Under the pieces are notes generated by a model that saw only the letters and a list, made by a program, of their open reading frames with translations, made no database searches and had not been told where the DNA came from. A program made the position numbers and the translations under genes. From an uncultured Chloroflexia bacterium (GTDB lineage: Bacteria; Chloroflexota; Dehalococcoidia; UBA2979): a DNA stretch of 64,000 nucleotides. Where the stretch lies: assembly GCA_963728205.1 (NCBI GenBank), contig CAVSIV010000006.1, positions 1,600,001 through 1,664,000 of the forward strand. Reading direction: 5' to 3'. Positions 60,610 to 64,000 of this stretch are shown piece after piece. Positions within the stretch are counted from its first letter, which is position 1; each line of letters opens with the position of its first letter.

Positions 60610-62064
60610 ATGGCGCTCCCCCCGGAGTTCGACCAGCCCGCGGGCAGCGGGTTCCGGCGCATCGACCGGGCGATCGGGCGCGGCCAGGCCCGCGTCTTCC
60701 GCGTCCTCTGGTTCCGCGTGCCGCCCGGCTCGGTGGCGTGGAACGTCAACTTCCAGGCGCTGCTCGCCTCGCGCTTCCTCTCCGACATCGCGCTGCAGGC
60801 GCTGCTCTACGGCGCGCTGATCGCGAGCGCGCGCGCCGGCGGTGGCGCGCTCGACGCCGCGCTGATCGGCACCGCCTACCTGCTGCCGGGCGTGCTGCTC
60901 GGACTGTGGGGCGGGGCCGTCGCCGACGCCGTGCCGAAGCGCGTTGCGCTCGGCGGCGCCTACCTCGCGATGGGCGCGCTCTGCCTCCTCATCCCCGGCT
61001 TCTTCGGCACGCGCTTCCGCTCGATGCTCGCCGTGATCTTCGCGGTGCGCGCGCTGCACCAGGTGTCGCAGCCGTCGGAGTCGTCGGCGGTGCCGCTGGT
61101 CGCGAGCGCGGACGACCTCGCGTCGGCGAACTCGTTCCTCTCGCTGGCGTCGTCGGTGGGGGAGGTGATGGGCAAGGCGCTGCTCGCGCCGGTGATCGTC
61201 GTGCTGTTCGGCGTCGACGTCGTCACGGCGCTGGCGGGCGTGCTCTTCGCGGTCTCGGCGACGCGGGTGCTCGGGCTGGAACACGTCGCGGGGGCGGCCG
61301 CGGCGGCGCCGCCCGCCCCGCGTGCGCCGCCGGCCGGCGCCACGCCCGCCGGCGGCGCGGGGCTGCGCGGCGCGCTGCGTCCGCCCTCGATCCGGCTCGC
61401 GCTGCGCTGGCTCGTCGACGAGCCGGCCGCGTTCTGGATGCTGATGCTCGCGGCGATGGCGAGCACGGTGAACGTCGTGCTCGGGATGCTCGCGCCGCAG
61501 TACACGCTCGACGTGCTCGGGGTGGACCCGGCGAACGCGCTGTACGTCTTCGCGCCCGGCTCCGTGGGGCTGGCGATCGGACTCGGCGTCGTGCCGCTGG
61601 CGATCCGACGGCTGGGCGAGCGCGCCACGGCGGTGATCGGTTTCTCGCTCGTCGCGGTCGCGATGGTCGGGCTGGGGCTGGTCGACCCGCTGACGCGCAC
61701 GCTCGGAAGGCTGCTCGTGATCGACCTGCCGCGCGTCGGACCGCGCATCGAGATGGCGGGGCTGCTGTCGGTGCCGCTCGGCCTCGGGCTGACGCTGGCG
61801 GCGGCGGCGACGCAGACGTACATCGGCCGCTACGTGCCGGCGCGGATTCACGGCCGCGTGTTCGCACTGCTCGGCGCGATGAAGGACGGGCTCGCGATCG
61901 TGCCGTTGCTGGGGCTCGGGGCGCTGGCTGGCGTCGTGGGCGTGCGGGCGGCGATCACGGCGGCGCCCATCGCGCTGGTGGCGATCGCCTACGGCCTCGA
62001 GTGGTACGCGGCGCGCTGGCGCGCGCCCGAGCTGCCGTCGTGGTGGAGCGACGCCGGCGGCTAG
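60610..62064 (+). CDS. MFS transporter
   Basis: About 12 TM; GAVAD..PKR, L..AN and GRVFA motifs. Confidence 0.85.
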   Translation: MALPPEFDQPAGSGFRRIDRAIGRGQARVFRVLWFRVPPGSVAWNVNFQALLASRFLSDIALQALLYGALIASARAGGGALDAALIGTAYLLPGVLLGLWGGAVADAVPKRVALGGAYLAMGALCLLIPGFFGTRFRSMLAVIFAVRALHQVSQPSESSAVPLVASADDLASANSFLSLASSVGEVMGKALLAPVIVVLFGVDVVTALAGVLFAVSATRVLGLEHVAGAAAAAPPAPRAPPAGATPAGGAGLRGALRPPSIRLALRWLVDEPAAFWMLMLAAMASTVNVVLGMLAPQYTLDVLGVDPANALYVFAPGSVGLAIGLGVVPLAIRRLGERATAVIGFSLVAVAMVGLGLVDPLTRTLGRLLVIDLPRVGPRIEMAGLLSVPLGLGLTLAAAATQTYIGRYVPARIHGRVFALLGAMKDGLAIVPLLGLGALAGVVGVRAAITAAPIALVAIAYGLEWYAARWRAPELPSWWSDAGG

Positions 62065-62077
62065 CGCGAGGCGTCGC

Positions 62078-62449
62078 TCAGAACGAGGTCACCGGGCTGG
62101 AGTGGTGGTGGGCGATGCGCCAGCCGCCGTCCTCTCGGACGAAGACGTTGGTCGCCGCGAGCGGCGCGCCGGAGACGAGCTCGCGGCAGATCACGTAGGC
62201 CACGTCGCCGAGCAGGTAGACGCGCTCGCCGCCGCTCTGGATGCGGGGCTGGCCGGGGTTCGCGAGGATGGCGCGCCACGACTCGACAACGGCATCGCGC
62301 CCGGAGAGGACGTTCCACCCCGGGTGCACGCAAGCGACGGCGGCGCGCCGCGCCCAGAGGTCGTCCATGGCGTCGGCGTCCCTCGCGTTGAACGCGGCGT
62401 AGAAGGCCTGGTTCGCGGCGAGGATGTCGTCCTCGGCGTTCGCGGTCAT
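62078..62449 (-). CDS. SnoaL/NTF2-like protein
   Basis: AN.AFY.AF...D..AM..LW, CVHPGW and ATNVF....W....HHSS motifs. Confidence 0.88.
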   Translation of the reverse strand: MTANAEDDILAANQAFYAAFNARDADAMDDLWARRAAVACVHPGWNVLSGRDAVVESWRAILANPGQPRIQSGGERVYLLGDVAYVICRELVSGAPLAATNVFVREDGGWRIAHHHSSPVTSF

Positions 62450-62511
62450 GGCGGCTCCCCGTCCGCGGGAACGATAGCAGCGGGGGCGGAGATCCCGGCG
62501 AGCGTCATTGG

Positions 62512-62590
62512 CAAGCCGCGGCAGATACGGCGCCGACACCGACGCGGCCGAGAGACCGCGATCCGTCGGCGGCATGTCTGCCGCCGCCGT
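62512..62590. repeat. REP family A inverted doublet (degenerate left arm)
   Basis: CAAGCCGCGGCAGATACGGCGCCGAC...GTCGGCGGCATGTCTGCCGCCGC. Confidence 0.8.
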
Positions 62591-62624
62591 GGCCTGTCTG
62601 ACGGGGCCGGGCGCGGCGCCGGGG

Positions 62625-63683
62625 TTACGGGTACAGCGGCGTGCGGTCGAGGCCGGCGGCCTGGTCGAGGCCGAACATCAGGTTGAGGTTCTGCATCGCC
62701 GAGCCGCTCTGGCCCTTCATCAGGTTGTCGATGGACGACATCACCACGACGCGGCGGCCGTCGTCGGAGACGACCAGCGAGATGTCGCAGTAGTTCGACC
62801 CGGCCTGGCCCTTGAGCATCGGCGGGACGTCGAGCACGCGCACGAACGGCTGGCCGGCGTAGTACTCGCGGTAACGCGCGAGCAGCTCGGCGGCGGTGGC
62901 GGAGCGGGTGAGCCGCGCGTGCATTGTGCTCAGGATGCCGCGCGTCGCGCCGATCACGTGCGGGACGAAGTCGAGCGTCGCGCCCTGCGCGGCGCCGAGC
63001 CGGCCCAGCGTGAACTCCGACTCGATGACGTGCTGGTGCGACAGGACGCGGTAGGGCACCACGTTGTCGTTGAGGTGAGAGAGGTGCTGCAGCGGCGCCG
63101 GCTTCTTCCCGGCGCCGGACGAGCCGCTGAGGCTCGCGATGGAGACGGCGCCGCCCTCGACGAGGTCGTCGGCGAACAGCGGCGCGAGGCCGAGGATGAT
63201 GCCGATGGCGAAGCAGCCCGGGTTGCCGACGATCGGCGCCCTGCGGATGCGGTCGGCGTTGAGCTCCGACACGCCGTAGGCCGCGCGGCCGAGCAGCTCC
63301 GCGGCCTCGTGGTGCGCGTCCTTGATCGAGGGGTGGCGCGCCGCATAGGCGGCGTAGTCGGCGGCGTCGGCGAAGCGGAAGTCGCCGGAGTAGTCGATGA
63401 ACGGCACGCCGGCGTCGGCGAGCGCCTTCGCGTAGCCCTGCGCGACCCGGTCGGGCGTCGCGAACACCACGACGTCGCAGTCGGCGCCGATGCGGGCGTC
63501 GTCGGGCGCGGCGATCTCGAGGTCACAGCGGCCGGTGAGGTGCGGGTAGACGTCGGAGATGCGGCGGCCGGCGTCGTCGCGCGCGACGAGGGAGGCGACC
63601 TCGAAGGCGGGGTGCGCCAGCAGCAGCTCGAGGATGCCCAGCCCCCCGTAGCCCGTGGCGCCGACGATCTGTGCTCGCGGCAT
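62625..63683 (-). CDS. argC: N-acetyl-gamma-glutamyl-phosphate reductase
   Basis: IVGATGY.G, D.SGDFR, NPGC, SG.SGAG, H.H..E and IDNL.KG motifs. Confidence 0.93.
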   Translation of the reverse strand: MPRAQIVGATGYGGLGILELLLAHPAFEVASLVARDDAGRRISDVYPHLTGRCDLEIAAPDDARIGADCDVVVFATPDRVAQGYAKALADAGVPFIDYSGDFRFADAADYAAYAARHPSIKDAHHEAAELLGRAAYGVSELNADRIRRAPIVGNPGCFAIGIILGLAPLFADDLVEGGAVSIASLSGSSGAGKKPAPLQHLSHLNDNVVPYRVLSHQHVIESEFTLGRLGAAQGATLDFVPHVIGATRGILSTMHARLTRSATAAELLARYREYYAGQPFVRVLDVPPMLKGQAGSNYCDISLVVSDDGRRVVVMSSIDNLMKGQSGSAMQNLNLMFGLDQAAGLDRTPLYP

Positions 63684-63768
63684 GGCGTGTCTCCCTGGCT
63701 CGACCCGGCGAGCGATCAGGATAGAAGCGGGGCGATGCGGGTGGAAGGTGCGCGGCACAGCCTGTCTT

Positions 63769-63860
63769 CAAGCGGCGGCAGATATGCCGCCGACAGGGCG
63801 CGGACGCAGCCCGCGGCTGGCGCCGCGCTTCTGTCGGCGGCATGTCTGCCGCCGCTGTGG
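63769..63860. repeat. REP family A inverted doublet (long spacer class)
   Basis: CAAGCGGCGGCAGATATGCCGCCGACA...TGTCGGCGGCATGTCTGCCGCCGCTG; spacer similar to the 11794 copy. Confidence 0.92.
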
Positions 63861-63972
63861 GTGACGTTCATGCGCGCACGGCGCGCCGTGGGCGGAGGTG
63901 CCCCACGCCGTGCGCGGACGTGGTCCGCCGTGGACGGAGGTGGTCCGCCCGTGGGCGGAGGCAGCCACCGGA

Positions 63973-63998
63973 CACGGCAGGCCCGACGCCTGCCGCGC
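63973..63998. repeat. REP-like family B palindrome
   Basis: CACGGCAGGCCCGACGCCTGCCGCGC. Confidence 0.6.
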
Positions 63999-64000
63999 GC

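Noticed and set aside
63885-63965. Three short CCGTGGRCGGAGG direct repeats
   Set aside because: They are short, irregularly spaced and at the window edge, so they cannot be interpreted.

Overview
A very GC-rich bacterial chromosome segment with about 60 densely packed genes. I found no rRNA, tRNA, CRISPR or prophage. The gene mix suggests Chloroflexota, probably Dehalococcoidia; this is an inference, not a lookup. The left half is mostly acyl-CoA catabolism: a double-domain CoA-transferase III, a MaoC pair, two thiolase-like/DUF35 pairs, an HACL/OXC-like TPP enzyme, an acyl-CoA synthetase and an enoyl-CoA hydratase. Further along are ccr, an amtB-glnK-glnD cluster, a Dam-family methylase convergent with a small PD-(D/E)XK nuclease, yqeC/mobA, an ECF sigma with a FecR-domain partner, and argC. 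The most striking non-coding signal is a set of at least five intergenic palindrome (REP-like) families. The dominant one, (C)AAGCGGCGGCAGAYAYGCCGCCGAY, occurs at 10 loci, mostly as inverted doublets. One locus has expanded into an 87-88 bp tandem array, and two copies show the core flipped relative to a shared flank. A Y1/HUH (RAYT-like) transposase with an atypical H-V-E motif lies in the same window. Other candidates are a hairpin family found only in divergent promoter regions, a hairpin array splitting glnK from glnD, and an orphan HigA-like repressor/ABC exporter/Cys-rich microprotein unit. Several genes carry single-base indels that look like long-read assembly errors, so frameshifts and unusual residues need read-level confirmation. 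Product calls come from motif recognition only; no database searches were run.
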